Assembly: GCA_030167865.1 (NCBI GenBank)
Contig: JALAGF010003865.1
Coordinates: 62,001-92,808 of the forward strand
From: Craspedostauros australis
Lineage: Eukaryota
Direction of reading: 5' to 3'
DNA: 30,808 bases
Below are positions 29,821-30,808 of the stretch, piece by piece. The notes under the pieces were generated by a model. It ran no database searches. It was not told the origin of the DNA and saw only the letters and a program-made list of their open reading frames with translations. The translations under genes and the position numbers were made by a program. Each line of letters begins with the position of its first letter. Positions within the stretch are counted from its first letter, which is position 1.

Positions 29821-30808
29821 TCTGCGGTTGTTCCTGCTTGCAGCTGGTGGATCTTGTGCTTGCGGATCTTGTGCTCTTGGATCTGAATGTGGGCACAACG
29901 AACACGAGTACGAGCAACGAACACGTGCGAGATGGGGTTGTCTTTGGTGATGATACGACCTGTTCGTGCGTATCGATTGTTTTTGGCGGGAGCTGGTTTG
30001 CGCGGAAAGAAAAACCTGTGATGTTCCCTTCGGCTTGGCCGTCATTGTTTCTTCGATTCGTGGAGGGACTGACACATCCGTGAGTGGATAGGCCGTTTTG
30101 GAGCCCAGGGTCATCACATTGACAATGCGCAATTTAAGGACTTGGTCATCGTTCTTTCGATCTTCGCGGCTCGTTGAAGGGGCGCTTTTGCGGAGGATAC
30201 GTGCCAATACGAGTACACATCGCATAGACATCAGCGGCTCGTATCGCACGGCTGCGATAGTGCAACGAAGGAGCATTACGAATAGGGGAGAATCTGGCAC
30301 ATCGGAGTATAGTAGTCGTAAGTATGGGGGCGCACCTGTGGTCAGCATGCATGTTGTCATTGGAGTCGCCGCCAATCTACGTATACGTAGATTCAGCGAA
30401 GTCGAGTATTATTCTGCGGATTTGAGATACTGAAACGTGATATTTTTAGACATCAACTTTTCGTGTTGTCTATTAGGGTTAGATATATTTAGCTAGCTTC
30501 TACGACACAAATACATGGCTGGCTTGTCCTCACCGTGGACGAAAATGGTGACGTCATCGACGGTCGATGCCAGACTGAGATGGTATCCAGCCGCCTCGAT
30601 GGTGATGTTGTGAAAGGTTCAGTGTTACGTTCATTCCTTGTGTTGTCGATGGTTTGGCTCTGGTGTGCGTTTCCCCTTTGTGCGTGGGATGTCAAACAGC
30701 ACGGTGTTGGTGGTGGCATCCCTACACATCCACTTCCACGTTCATGGCAATAGCAACACTTGCGAATATGACACAACATAATATTATATCATATAGTATC
30801 ATATAATA

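Noticed and set aside
29821-30375. Further N-terminal extension of channel exon 1
   Set aside because: The frame is open, but the translation looks like UTR-derived sequence; it cannot be excluded without transcript data.

Overview
Eukaryotic nuclear DNA. Few short GT-AG introns, compact genes, the gene families present and microsatellite-rich spacers suggest a diatom or other stramenopile (inference). Five protein-coding genes are supported: (1) a ZCCHC9-like protein with four CCHC knuckles (882-1598, +); (2) an intronless SHPRH-like SNF2 helicase/PHD/RING E3 ligase (2179-9333, +); (3) an intronless STAND-type AAA ATPase with a helical C-terminus and no effector domain (9797-13846, -); (4) a two-exon glutamine:fructose-6-phosphate amidotransferase with a 96-aa presequence (21568-23946, +); (5) a four-exon, ~1616-aa WD40-repeat plus TRP-like channel (24433-29820, -). 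The gene-poor stretch at ~14-21 kb holds three identical tRNA-Leu(AAG) genes, one tRNA-Gln(CTG) and degenerate sequence. Most notable: a GFAT that appears to need mitochondrial bipartite-presequence cleavage to expose its catalytic Cys1; mosaic flanks of the tRNA-Leu copies, best explained by a tRNA-mediated inversion; a beta-sandwich domain inserted in SHPRH; the WD40-TRP fusion; the effector-less STAND protein. No database searches were run. Family calls come from recognised motifs.
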